In this document: positions 30,915-48,703 of the stretch, piece by piece
Layout: every line of letters starts with the position of its first letter
Position numbering within the stretch: position 1 is the first letter of the stretch
Assembly: GCF_009914755.1 (NCBI RefSeq)
Contig: NC_060932.1
Direction: 5' to 3' (one strand)
Length of the DNA stretch: 64,000 nucleotides
DNA from: the human T2T-CHM13v2.0 reference genome, Homo sapiens
Notes under the pieces: generated by a model
Databases searched by the model: none
Seen by the model: only the letters and a program-made list of their open reading frames with translations
Told to the model about the DNA's origin: nothing
Made by a program: the position numbers and the translations under genes

Positions 30915-31925
30915 ACTTTATTTTTTAGAGCAGTTTTAGGTTTATAGAAAAACTGAGCAGAAAGTACAGAGTTCTCACATACCCTGTTATCCGCCCCTCC
31001 CCCTCTCTCCCCACCCCTGCCCCCGCCCATTAACGTCTTGCATTGGTATGGTATATTAACAATTGATGGGCCAGTATTGATACATTATTAACAATTGAAG
31101 GTCACTCTTAGTGTTGTGCTCTGTGGGTTTTGACAATTTACAGTGACATGTATCTACAATTACAGTATCATAAAGAACAGTTTCACTGCCTTAGACATCC
31201 CCTGTGCTCTGCCTCTGCCTCTTCATCCTTCCCTCCCTGCCTCTGTCACCATCATTTCTCCCCCCCTGCAAACTCCTGGCAACCACTGCTCTTTCTGCTG
31301 TCTCTATTGTTTTGCCTTTTCCAGGATGTCATATAGTAGTTGGAATCACCCAATAATGTAGCCTTTCAGATTGGCATCTTAAACTTAGCAGTATGCATTT
31401 AAGTTCCTCTATGTCTTTTTGTAGCCAAGTTTTGGTAATTATGAATAAAACTGCTATAAACATTTGTGTACAGGTTTTGTGTAGACATAAGTTTTCAAGT
31501 CATTTGGGTAAATACCAAGGAGCGCAATTGCTGGATCATATGGTAAGAGTATGTTTAGTTTTGTGAGAAACTGCCAAACTGTCTTGTAAAGTGGCTGTAC
31601 CATTTTGCATTCTCACCAACAGTTCCTGTTGTTCCACATCTTTGCCATCATCTGGTGTTATAAATGTTTTGGGTTTTAGCCATTCTAATAGGTGTGTAGT
31701 AGTATCTCACTGTTACTTTAATTTGCAGTTTCTTGATGATACATGATGTTAACCATCTTTTCATATGCTTATTTGCCATCTGTGTATCTTTGGTGAGGTG
31801 TCTGGTCAGATCTTTTTGACTTTTTTAATTGGTTTGTTTTCTTATTGTTGAGTTTTAAGAGTTCTTTGTATATTTTGGATATCAGTCCTGTATCAGATTT
31901 TTGCAGAGGTTTTCTCCCATTTGGT
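30915..31925 (-). mobile_element. L1MA/MB 3' end
   Basis: ttttagagcagttttaggtttatagaaaaactgagcagaaagtacagag...; gctggatcatatggtaagagtatgtttag. Confidence 0.85.
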
Positions 31926-32335
31926 AACTAGTCTTTTCATTTTCTTAAGCAAATTAGATTCTGTTTGTAAATGAAATTTCTATCCTGGAAATTTTAAGAA
32001 GTAGTAACATATAGAAAGAAGAGGGGGACTGGGGAAGATAATTCTCTGGGCCAGTTTATGTATTTGGCTAGCCTGATAATAAACCTAAGTACAATTGTTT
32101 GAATCTGAAATCCTTTTTATCTAGTCATTGTAAAACATAATGATGGAGCTTAGTGATAGGTGGCCTCAGAGAATTGGTGATTGTGTGTTTTTGATCGCTT
32201 CCTTTGCTCTACTATATATAACGCAGTGTTTAAATGGAGGTTTTAATAGGATTCTGTACAAAATACACCCAATAATCCGGTTTGAATGTTGTATCAAATT
32301 GATCCTAAAAACATAAACTTAAAATAATAAATGTG

Positions 32336-32786
<451 letters not shown>

Positions 32787-33539
32787 CTAGCCAGTAGGTT
32801 ATCACTTTCTGAACTTTAGAAGTCAGTTGTTTGACCTTGTTTGCTGTATGGTAAACATCACTATTTGTAAGGAAAAAATTGATAAGACATTAAGTTGATC
32901 ACATCAATTTAAGTTATTTGAGATGTTGGTTAACATTCTTAGGAGTACTGAGCTATTACAGGATTGTTCTTCCAGTATAGACCTGCTTATAAAAATGCAG
33001 TTTTTAGGGAAATGGTAATATAGCAGGAAAGTTTATTTACATACATGGTTGTTTAACACTGCAAATTTGGGTTCTCAAATAGCTGAATATTGGCATTCTT
33101 TCTTCAAGTAATCTGCCTGGCCTGTATAATCTTTCATACTCAGCCATTTTCATAGTGGAGTACGTTGTTTTGGTCTTTTAATATTGTCCATGCAGAATCA
33201 AGTTCCATAAAAGGAATTAAACAACTTTCTTTTTTATGAAGAAGGAGTGAAGGTGGCAAAAGCCAGGTATATGGGGTTTTTTTTCCTCCTTATCAGAACT
33301 CAAACTGTCTTTTGTCTTTGGAACATTAGTTAAAAATGATGGTGCACCTTTGTAGAAAAACTTTCCAAATTTAAAGTACAGTGTTTGTCAATTGAGGGCT
33401 TTTCTGTACAGTAAACTTCAACACGGATTAAGGTGAAATCTTAAATGAGAATTCTCATCCAGGTATTCTGTCCTCAGGTTAAAGTAGGCGGTGGTGGCAG
33501 GGATCTTGGTGATGATTCTGTGAACATGACTTGTCCCTG

Positions 33540-35640
<2,101 letters not shown>

Positions 35641-35760
35641 ATTTCCTTTGGAAGCTTTAAGAGTTAGACTTATCCAATGTTAAGACGTTCTTATGAAGCT
35701 CCTACTGTGTGCCAGACACTCTTGTACTTTGCATTTCCATCCCAGTCCATGCACTGTGCT

Positions 35761-35974
35761 CACTGGGATTATAGGCATGCACAACCATGCCTGGCCTTGC
35801 TTTGCCTTCTTGTTTCAGCTTTCACACTGTAAACAACTGTAAGGTCCTTTCCGGGTTTTTTTTTTCCCACTGCCATGTTTCTTGCAGTTGTGTGCTTTTT
35901 GTTGGTAATTCCACTGCTTAAAATGGCCCACAGAGTGCTGAAGTGCTGTCTATGTCTAGTTCCTAAGTGCAAGA
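35761..35974 (-). repeat. Inverted duplicate of 36484-36688 (MER82 interior plus first ~36 nt of Alu)
   Basis: Reverse complement aligns along its full length with a few substitutions and indels. Confidence 0.9.
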
Positions 35975-36181
35975 ATTATGAAAAGTCATAATTCATGCAT
36001 AATTAATAGAAATGGCGATTTAAGCAAACGTTTGAGACAGTTGTACAGACATTAATATGGAAATTACATAGGCTAACAAATACTTCTATTTGAACAAATA
36101 CCTTTAAAAAGTGGCAATAAATATAATTATGTTTCTATGGAGAAGTATGTACTGAATCCCACCCAGTGGTGCCAGAAATAA

Positions 36182-37145
<964 letters not shown>

Positions 37146-39175
37146 TATATTTGATCCCTGATGCCCCTGGCCCTACAGGGGAAAGGGCATTTATAATCCC
37201 CTTAGAAGAAACAGTGCAGATTTTGTGTGCGCTCATGCAAGCAATAAAAAAGCTGCTATTCTCCAGAGTTTTTGGTAGCCAGTATAATCAATAATAGCCA
37301 GTAATAATTAGCAGTGTACACACATTACTTCATTGACTTTTACAACCTTGTAAAGTGGGTGTTATTTCTATGTAAAAGAAAGGGAAAATATTTGAATGAT
37401 TTGAGTAACTTAAGTCATGCTCCTACAGTAGACGGAGGAGTAGGGATTTGTCTGCCACCTAAAATCTTACCCATTACTCTGTACTGAATCAACTCCAAAA
37501 GAAACCTTGTTCCTGCTGCTAGGTCACTGAAGTTGTTTGTGGGTAAAGATCCTACACTACAATCACAAGGATGTGAGTGTTACCAATTTATTTTTTTAAA
37601 ATACCATTCTCACTTTAAAAAAAAAATGTCCTAATCATCGTTTTCATGATCATTTTAACTTCAATATTTGTTTACTTGGAATTCTCATTCACTAATATAA
37701 TTAAAATATGATGGATAGTTTATTGCAGTCAAAGAATCTTAGAACTGGAAGTGTCTTTTAAAAATCATGTAACAAAATGCATTTACTTTACCTACCTATG
37801 AGAAACTGAAGTTCCTGGAAGTTAACTCACCCACAGTCATACGTTAAGACCGGTATCTAACGATCCAGTATCAACCGAACTCTTCTCTGCCTAAGTTTTA
37901 CATAGTTCCTTGTGTTTTAACCGAATTTGGTGAAGCAGTAGTACCCAAAGTTCAGCCCAAATCTGTTGTCCTATCATGCATGACACTTTTTAAGTTTGAC
38001 ATCCAGGAATGAACCACTGATAGGAGACAAAATTGCAGGAGAGCAAGGGGAGAAAACAGCTGTCTACAGAGGAGCCATGGGGAACTGGAGAGAGCCTGCC
38101 CAGGAAAGCACTCCCTCTGTGACCCTTTGCAGACCCAGTGCTTTCAGAGCTTCTCATTTTTCACAGGAAGCTGGAAAACCAGATAGTGTGAAATATTGCC
38201 AGCTGTGTCACTTTAAAACCACAGTGCAAGACAAAAACCAAAAATGACTGTGGGCCCGTTTCAGGGCGTCAGATTGAAACCTCTCCTTTAGAGGATTCAC
38301 CTTGCCCTGCAGCTTTCTTTCCTCTGCACCGTTAGAGACTATGAGAAGGAATCCAAGCCAGTTTCTGGTGAGCACTTAAGAGAATGCTTTTGGGTTAAAC
38401 TTAAAAGTCAATAAACCATTAAGTGACTAGGTACATTCTGGCTATTTACTTCATGAAATAATTTGTTTGCATGTGTTTTGGCCACATATTACCCACAACA
38501 CAAAGATCATCTGTGTTTATTGCAAGTTAGAATTGATTAGTATTTTGAAGTAAATGTAGAATTTTGCAGTCTCATATGGTAGTGGACTTGCCATCCTTAT
38601 CTCATGCACGCCAGGCTCTGGCATAGCATTATCACTTGCTGAAAATAAGTATTTTATCTTGTTTTACCGTAGTAGACATACACAGCATCTGCAACCAAAA
38701 GTGTTACTCACTCTCTTAGTCTTACCTTAGTTCTTCCTGAGAAACTAATGGGAGTCGTGGTTGTAAAAGCATTTAGCGTTGTAAAACTAAAGCATTCTGA
38801 ATCTAAAGTGCAGCTGTAGGTTGTTGATGAAAACTTCTTTTCCATTAGTATTAAAAAGTAATCGATGACAATAAGTAACTAGAGAATTTGGGCAGAACTA
38901 TGGCATTCATCCATACATACAGAAAAATACATGAATTATAAATATATAAATAATTAAAGTATGCAAATTAGAAATACACAAACTCAGTGAATTTTCACAA
39001 ACTGCACATGCCTGGGTAACCAGCACACAAATTAAGAAATGAAACATCCATACTGCTATTGATGGGTATTTGGCTTTCTATTTGGGAACTGTTAACATTT
39101 AGTGCTGCCATGAGTGAGCTTAGTACGCATCTCCATTGAGTGTGTATCTAGGAGTGGAATAGCTGGGTCACAGGG

Positions 39176-39935
<760 letters not shown>

Positions 39936-41386
39936 TCATTTTAGTCATTCTAATGGCTATCTCATCGTGATTTGAATTTACATTCCCTGATGATTATTGA
40001 GGTTGCACACCTTTTCATTTGTTTATTGGCTGCTTGGCTTATTCTCTTGTAAATTACGTAAACAAGTATTTGGCACTGACTTGGTAAACTTTTTCCTTAA
40101 AATGAGTTTAAAAAATAAATAGTGTGCATTTATAAACATTCAAAGAGCAAGCGAGTTTGCCCTGTGAACTCTATTGTAGTAAGTAACTTTTGAGAGGTCT
40201 ACTGATACATCTATAAACCAAGATGACTTTGGCCACCACGATTGCCTTTCATATAAATTTATAAACAAGAAGAAACCTTGAATGTTCTTTTCAGGCCGCT
40301 AAAACTACCAGCACTGGTAAGAAAAAAGAAAATAAAATGAGTAATAAATGCAAATGTATTTTTTTGTTTTTGTTTTTGTTTTTTTAGCCTTGTGAATAGT
40401 TTTTTGTCTGGTTGGTTTTGTGAATTGTTCTATGAATTCTGATTGGTAACAGAATCAGCCGTTAACTAGTAAAATGTTACTAATGTGAAGAGTTAATTTA
40501 GGAAAAGAATGTAGCTTAAATTGCCCTTTTAAAAAATGCTTATCTTTACAGTTGTTAGGATTTTTTTCTGCTTACAGAGGAATATGTGGTTGTGGTCAAA
40601 ATTTCCAAGGTTACAGAAATTGAAAGTCTCTCATATTCTCACTTCCCAGAGACAATTAAGTTTGGTTTGTATTCATCTAGGTTTTCTTCTATAAATTTAC
40701 TAACATGCATCACAAATGGTAATATACTCAACATACTGTTTTGCCATTCACCTTCTAACCTAACAATAATTGTTGTTACTGAATTTTTTAAGTTTCTTTT
40801 ATTATCTCTGATAATTGGATACTCACTTATTGACTATAAGAATGCCTTATTAAATAGAGTAAAATGTAATTTATATGTCAATTAACCTTCTAGGTCCTTA
40901 AAATGGTTCATTTTCTGGCAAGGTTCAGTATAAATATTTTTATTTACTCAACACAGTGTTTCCCAGTACACAGAAAAATTGCAACTAAGGGGGACATAAA
41001 TTAAAAGGGTTTGTGAAAAGGGTGAAAGTGGCTTGGGTTTTCGGCAATTCTTTATATATTTGTGGCATTCGAATTATGATAATTCAGCTACAAAATTGGT
41101 AAATCTACTCTAAGTTTTCTAGAACTTCTCTGTGTTGTGCCTATATTTTGTAACATGATGGCAGCTTCTGCTCATCTCAGATGGCTGGGTGGCAGTCAGG
41201 TTAAGAATGTGCTCTTCAGAACACCTGCGGATCTGACTGGTCACCCAAGGATTATGCTTATGTCTAGTTCAGTAATCAATATTATTGGGAGTGTCATTGA
41301 CTCCTTCCTAAAAGCAAGAATCGTAGTCTGTGATTGGAACTCTCCATGCGGATTTTTTAAAGCAGTGAGGCTAATTTAAAAGTATA

Positions 41387-41682
41387 GACCGGGCACGGTG
41401 GCTCACGCCTGTAATCCCAGCACTTTGGGAGGCCAAGCCAGGCAAATCATGAGGTCAGGAGTTCAAGACCAGCCTGGCCAATATGGTGAAACCCCGTCTC
41501 TACTAAAAATATAAAAAATTAGCTGGGCGTGGTGGCACGCGCCTGTAGTCCCAGCTACTCAGGAGGCTGAGGCAGGAGAATCGCTTGAACCCAGGAGGCG
41601 GAGGTTACAGTGAGCCGAGATCACATCACTGCACTCCAGCCTGGGCGACAGAGTGAGACTCCGTCTCAAAAAAAAAAAAAAA
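41387..41682 (+). mobile_element. Alu (AluSg-like)
   Basis: TSD aaaagtata. Confidence 0.95.
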
Positions 41683-44070
41683 GTATAACCATTGGGCTAT
41701 TTAAAGAGCAATACTATACACAAAGTAAAATCTGAGGTATTCTGCTTTGTGGAGTAATATAACATCTAATGTACCAACAAAATCTTTATTTTCCCCTAAT
41801 CTAGAGGCACCTTGTCAGACAAATTATTATATTCTAAGGTCTGTAATCTCAACAAATCTCGCCTTATGTTGAAATAAGAATAACTTAGCTGCATATCCTC
41901 TATCCAAGTTGAATAGACTAAAATACTGGTGTTGCTAGATTTTAAAGAAGATGCATTCTTTTAATACCTTCATTGTAATTATTGTTGGTAAAATCGGTCT
42001 GGTTCTAGGTTTGGGAATTAATCCTCATGAGTTTCTTATACTAAAAAGCAGTATTTTGCTAGCTGAAGATCACCTTTCACTTTTATAAAGCATTTCACCA
42101 AATGTGCTTTTCTATTCCAGCGAGACAAGAAGTTTCTCCATGGATTATAGGCAATTTTTCAGGAACAGAAAATAGACATTCTTCTCTGGAGGATTTTCTC
42201 TGACCAAAGTGGCATCAAAGAATAGATATCCTTAATAAGAACTGGCGACTAGGAAAACATTGGACATAGATGTTATCATGCCAAGGAGAGTGCTGTGGTG
42301 TGTAGTCGGCCACCCTTAGTGTGAAGTACTAGTTGTTATAGCTAATCAAATAATTATAGGGTAAATTATTTTATGCTAGGCCAAAAAAAAAGATGATTCA
42401 AAAGAACCTAACCATTAGATTTGTTTTGAAAACACTGGTAACTAAAAAAGCATAAATGTTAATGTCTCATTCCTTTCTCCTTCATCGGTAGTGTGGGCAA
42501 CCCAAAGAAAATGACCCTGTTTTTCAGATGTTTCCACTAATTGTTTAGGAAAACAAAATTGTTTCCCATTTGTTCTTCTGGGAACAAAAAAAAAAAATGG
42601 AGCTGTCGTTCTTCAAAGTGTGTAAATGGTCAAATTGCGTTTTTGTTTTTTAAACAGTCTTGTTTCCTGAGCTGAGAACTCATTACCAGACTTACCCTGC
42701 AGTATGTTTTGTCTGCTAAATTAAAGCAAATCAAAACAAAACAACAACAAAAAGCCTACCATAACCTGCATGTAGGTTTTTAGCAGTAAGGAACTACCTG
42801 TAACAGATGCTTAGACATTGTCATGTGAACAACTTTGTTGTAATAAACATAAACAAGAGTTGCAGTGGGGGAACCACAGGAACTGATTGATCAGACTTTA
42901 AGGAGAGCCATTATACCATAAGCATCAGGACTGTTCAGGGAGTGTCTGTTCAGGATGTTGGAAAGCTCAAAGTGTGTGATGGCTGTGGAGGTTCTGAGGC
43001 TGCTGCTGCTCCCCAATACCTGATGCCAGGTTTTATAGCAGCTTACGTTTTAGTTAAACAGTGTCTTTCTCTTGATGTCTTTCTTGTTACCTATTTTCCT
43101 AAATAATTTTTTTCTTTTTTTTTTTTTAAGGGAATCATTTTGTAGGAGGGGGGAAATAGATTTCAATGTTGAAACAAAACCTTGTGAAGGAGATTTAATG
43201 CCTTGTTTAGGAATGTGAGTGGTTATAATTAAACTGATTCAATTCTCAATAAGGTCTTGAGCAGTACTGGCAAGCATAAAAATGGCTTTTGCATGTATTT
43301 TATGGAATGTATGTAATTAGCCTTATTTTCTACTTGTGTTCATAAGCCATGTGAATAAACTCAGGTACTACTTATAGAACTTTATTGCTTGAGATCTGAC
43401 TTTGCAATTGCGATTTTCTCTGTGCTTTTGAATTGAAGAAGAGATTAAGTGGGACCCCTGGAAGTCAGAAACAAGTTAAACATAAACCTAATCAAAGTCC
43501 CAAGATGTTGTGAAAGATGGTTTGTTTCGTTTTAAGGGCAAGGTTGTTGTTTTGTTCTTTTGGGGGCTGTCTGAAGTAGGACTGATGATCTTAGGGCGTC
43601 AGTATTCATCGTTCTTGTTTCCTTTCAGTTAGTGTTGGAAATTTGTTAATCAGGTTGAGTAAAATAGGAATCCTGCCCCAAAGGCTTTCCTACTTAGTGG
43701 AAAAGCTGTGATTTATAAAGACACAGTGTAATGAAATAAAGTGATAATGAAAAGCCTTGGGCAGACTGGCTGTGTAATATATTTTAGGCAATTTACACAG
43801 GTTGGTTTAATTATTATTATTTTTGTTCTTGTCAGAATTGTCCTTTCTAATAGTAGGATCCCTCAAACTATCCTTGCTGCTGGTGAAAATAGGCTCCAAT
43901 TTTTTCTTAAAGTCCAAACCATTCCTTTAAAGGCTAACAGATGTTTACTCTCCACTTCAGTCAGTGAAAGGTGATATTGAAGTATAGTCTTAATTAGTTA
44001 CTTTCCTCTTTGCCTTTAAACACCACATTAAGTGCAAGTATATATGCCTCCCTATGGGTTTTTGACCAAA

Positions 44071-44175
44071 GCACACACCCATACCCCTTCCTGCCTCCCT
44101 GGAACTGGTTCAAGATTTGGAGAGAAGAGTTTGCTTGTGGGTGTTTCCCTTGTCTTATCTGTGAGTGAGCATATG
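44071..44175 (+). promoter_or_regulatory. Erythroid-type promoter of exon 1b (CACCC boxes, E-box-N9-GATA)
   Basis: CACACCC 44074-44080; TGGGTGT 44138-44144; TTATCT (AGATAA on - strand) 44155-44160, 9 nt from E-box CATATG 44170-44175; 100-200 nt upstream of ATG 44270. Confidence 0.65.
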
Positions 44176-44269
44176 CTAGGGTTGAATTTATTTTGACGCT
44201 TTCATTTTAAATTTGGAACCAAAGTAAGAGTTTAAAGTGCAACAGAAGAGAGTCTGCTGAACTTTAGAC

Positions 44270-44290
44270 ATGAGGGATCCAGGGAGGAAG
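44270..44290 (+). CDS. XPO7: XPO7 alternative first exon (1b), coding part MRDPGRK
   Basis: ATG AGG GAT CCA GGG AGG AAG|GTGCGT; 21 nt, phase 0, in frame with exon 2 (SLAQLE). Matches my recollection of an XPO7 isoform starting MRDPGRK and of an erythroid alternative first exon. Confidence 0.85.
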
Positions 44291-44832
44291 GTGCGTAAAT
44301 ACATCTTGAAGCTTTCTCTAGAGGTTTTCTCGTACAGGTGACCATCTTTACGCATATACATTATTGTAAGCTAATAACTACTACTCAAAGGAATATTTAA
44401 AGCTATATGAAAATGTGTGTGGTACTTATATCATGTTTATGTGCTTAATTTTAGTAGCCGTGCCTCTGGTATTTCACACTTTTTACATTAATAGCAGAAT
44501 AAGTAAATTTTGAATTTTTATTTCAAAGCCTTTTAGGAAAGCTTAGGAGGCTGGGTATTTGCAAGCGGAAAAATGTATCATGTATGATTGATCCTCAAGG
44601 GAATGATGAAAAAGTATATAGGTATTCTAAGCATCTTACCATTTTGTCTTCTATAGCATCAAATAAAGAGACCTATAAATGGTTATTAGGTGAATGTTAC
44701 CCAGGTTCTCCTCAGTTCAGAAGCAATTCTTTCTTTACTGATTATTATTTATCTTTGTTTATTAATTTTAAGCACAGTTGCTTACATTTGTAGTAGGCTG
44801 AACTGTTTTCTTTCCTGACTGATCTTTTCCAG

Positions 44833-44979
44833 AGCCTGGCCCAACTAGAGAATCTGTGCAAACAGCTGTATGAAACCACAGACACAACCACTCGACTCCA
44901 GGCAGAGAAAGCCTTGGTTGAATTTACCAACAGCCCTGATTGCCTGAGCAAGTGCCAGCTACTCCTCGAAAGAGGAAGT
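44833..44979 (+). CDS. XPO7: Exportin-7 exon 2 ([10 protein letters not shown]...LLLERGS)
   Basis: ttttccAG|AGC...AGT|GTGCGT; 147 nt, phase 0/0; translation matches XPO7. Confidence 0.97.
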
Positions 44980-45306
44980 GTGCGTAAGATCTGAAAATCC
45001 TAAAGGATAACGGGCGCTTCGGAAACGTTATTCTGGTTCTCTGTGTAGGAATGGCATGGGATGGCTTCTGTTCCCTGATTTTTCTAGGTGTCCCTGACTT
45101 ATTTTCACTTTTAAGAAGTACCATACCTACCAGGTTGGCAAAACAGCCATACAGTCTCATCAAGAAAATCTCTTTGAACATGCATTTCTGTTCTGTAATT
45201 TTTCATCCTAAATTTCCAGAACTTGTTTTCTGCTTTTACATTTAAGTGCCACATCCTGTCCTTTCCAGAATAAGATAGGACTGTAGATAAATGACCTTTG
45301 TGTTTG

Positions 45307-45608
<302 letters not shown>

Positions 45609-47458
45609 AATAAATGACCTTTTTAATCCAAAGTCCTAGTACAAGATCCTCAGTCTTCTCTGTGTTTTGTGTCCTCTCTGCCACAGCTGCTGTTTATTGC
45701 CTTACAAATCCAGGAACAGTGACCTTGACAATGAAATTACAGGAGATTGTAGGATTTTAAATGGAATTAGAACCTCCTCCAGCTTAAAAATGGCATTGCA
45801 GTGATCAAAATAATGTTCCTGAGATACAATTTGAAAAAATCACTATCTTTGGCAAGATGGAAGTCTTGGGAAGGGTGGGATCCCCCCAGGGTCCCATGAA
45901 AGGGCATCATGAGAGGCATATCCCAGCTAGACTTCAGCAGCAAGCACTGGCCTTCTTTTGATAAAGTGGCAACATAAAGTGCAGTCCTCATATTTTTCCT
46001 AATCCTCAAACAGCTTCCCAGTCGTGCTTACCTATATTACGCTCTTTCACAGATGAAAGAGAAAACACCAAGAAAAGGCACATATATTAGCCATCATTCT
46101 TGTGTGTGTGGAAAAAGGTGAAAATAGAAATGATAATGCCATGTGGTATTCTGAACAACAGTAATCCCTAAAGAATTGCTTAATCAAAATTTGCTTTCCA
46201 AAAAGTATCCTTAAGACTGGAATGAAATGTGAAAAAATGAAAGTTAATTGGTTGAGAGGATAGAATTCTAGTTGACTTTATTTTTGACTTTTTATTAGTA
46301 TTATAATATTGTTTATACAGTAAATAGAACAAATTATAATTGGTTGAAATTATCCGTTAGTAGCTGAGGGGTATAACTTTTCCCCCAAATATCTGAATGA
46401 TACAAAGTCATGGTCAAAGACTGTGTGGTGGTCTGTTCTGTTTTACGCACATAGTGTTTTATATATTGCTCTTAAATCACTTGGTGTTTGGATTGATGCA
46501 CTTGTATTTGTCCTGTGGGAGATGCCCAGCTAGCTCTGCCAGCTAACTCCTGCTGGAGTGACAGTACAGTCTCTCTCACCACTAGTCTTAAATTTTTATA
46601 CCTGGTGGTATTATGTAATATTAACATAAATGGATAGTCTGAGGGACTACCATCTTAAGGACTTTCTGTGTCATAGAAAATTGTCCTTGACCCTTGATTA
46701 AAATACTTTAATGCTTCTGAGCCTGTTCCTGTTTTATGGCATTGTATATAATATAGCCACATGGAGGAATTCTTCCTTAGGCATTTTGATCACATGGAAT
46801 GCTTTGAGTCTCCGTAAGGTTAAAACTTGTTAAACCCACATTTGAGAATGTGATAAAGCTATTCCATTGCTTAAGGCATAATTCTTCTTTCTCACAAATA
46901 ACCTTAAGTTTACTTTTAAACTATCATATACATTCCCCAGCCCAATAGCTGATTGATAGCTGCGCTGATGGAAAGATACAATTTGGAGACAACTATACAG
47001 CATAGTGTGATGGTTTCCTCTAATACTTCTTTTCTTTTTTCCCCAATATCATGCCATAGAAATATTTTGAGGTGAAACTGTTTGAAATATCATTATAACA
47101 GATACTAAGGGGAGATTTCTTGGTTTAAATGAGGGGAGAGATTTTTTCTAATCTCTATTTTTCTGAAAAGATGCCCTCTAGTGTCTGTCCCTCAGAGTGA
47201 AGCAGATACCTGTATTAGATTCAGCTTGATCAGACGGTTCACTTTATCTTCCCCGTTGTTCATTGTTGAAGTCAGCTAATAAACTTATGCTATGTGGTTC
47301 ATTTTTCCTCAGAGCAGTAGACCCTCTAAAATCCAGAGGATCAAATCTGCCAAAACTGATTGCCTTTTCTTGAATCTGAGCAGAGATCTCCAAGTTAAAA
47401 ACCTTGTGACTGGCTTACTCAATACAATTTTAAGTCCTTTTTCCCTCTCTTTTCACAG

Positions 47459-47552
47459 TCCTCTTACTCCCAGTTACTGGCAGCTACATGCCTTACCAAG
47501 CTTGTATCACGCACAAACAACCCCCTACCATTGGAACAGCGAATAGATATTC
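47459..47552 (+). CDS. XPO7: Exportin-7 exon 3 ([10 protein letters not shown]...EQRIDI)
   Basis: tttcacAG|TCC...ATTC|GTAAGT; 94 nt, phase 0/1. Confidence 0.97.
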
Positions 47553-48119
47553 GTAAGTGGAGAATTTTCTGTTCTGTCTTGAAGAAAATAGTTTGTTTAG
47601 TGATGTGCTAGTAATAGTCAAATGTATGTGTTTGTTCAATGATATGCTGAGATTGCTAACCATACAAAATGTCTAGAATCCAGTTCGTTTCCAGAATTTG
47701 GGGCTTATGAAAGTGAAGGGCCCGACGCAATAACTTCTGGATAAAGCCTAAGTCCTCCCTTTTGTTATCGGGAGATTTCTTCATTCATCTTTTCTTTACT
47801 GCCACTAATAACTAAGAAAAACATTGTTAATGATTTTGAATTCTGTGTAGACCACGTTCTTTAGCTACCTAGGGATAGAGTCAAAGCAGCTATACTGCAA
47901 ATTCTTCATGAGACAAAATAAAATTCTGAATTAGAACACCTACTAATCTTAAATTTAAAGTCCCATTTGGAACAGTAGCATAAATAATTAAGACAGTTTG
48001 GGTTAAATAGTCTAAATTTATAATTTCTTGGCCATTTAGCATGTCTAAAGATATACACCCTTCTCTGGCAGAGCTTTCTATTATGTGGATTGGTTTTGTT
48101 TCTTGTTTTTTTTTAATAG

Positions 48120-48286
48120 GGAACTATGTGCTCAACTACCTTGCCACTCGGCCGAAGTTGGCTACTTTCGTGACACAAGCACTTATTCAGTTATATGCCA
48201 GAATCACAAAACTGGGCTGGTTTGACTGTCAGAAGGATGACTATGTCTTCAGAAATGCAATCACAGACGTCACAAGGTTTTTACAG
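48120..48286 (+). CDS. XPO7: Exportin-7 exon 4 (RNYVLNYL...VTRFLQ)
   Basis: ttaatAG|GG...CAG|GTACAG; 167 nt, phase 1/0; inside ORF 48041..48310. Confidence 0.97.
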
Positions 48287-48346
48287 GTACAGTGTATGTA
48301 TTTGATGTAATGGGAATGGGAGAACCAGCATATACATATATATAAA

Positions 48347-48372
48347 CACACACACACACACACACACACACA
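48347..48372. repeat. (CA)13 microsatellite
   Basis: Read directly. Confidence 0.95.
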
Positions 48373-48703
48373 ACTTAACACGCTTATCTACTTTTTAAAC
48401 ATGACACAAAATAGAATTATATGATATATTCTCTTCTGCATGTTTTTTACCCTTAATAGGTCTTGGTAGTGTTTGCATGTTGGCAAAAACAAACCATGTC
48501 TCAGTCTTTCAAATTCCTACATATGGTCCCAAGCAAAAATATGTTTAATTAATTAGTTAATATTTTATAGATGGGCATTTCTTTCGAGTGTTAAATTAAT
48601 ACTTCAGTGAATAGCCCAGTACATATATTTTGAATAAGTGCGTTTGTAGGGTCAATTCCTAGCCTTGGAAAGATATTTCCAAGTTATCCTCAAAAAAGTT
48701 ATA

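Noticed and set aside
30992-31028. C-rich tracts with minus-strand G4 potential (also 2424-2444)
   Set aside because: They lie in L1 3' UTR remnants where such tracts are commonplace
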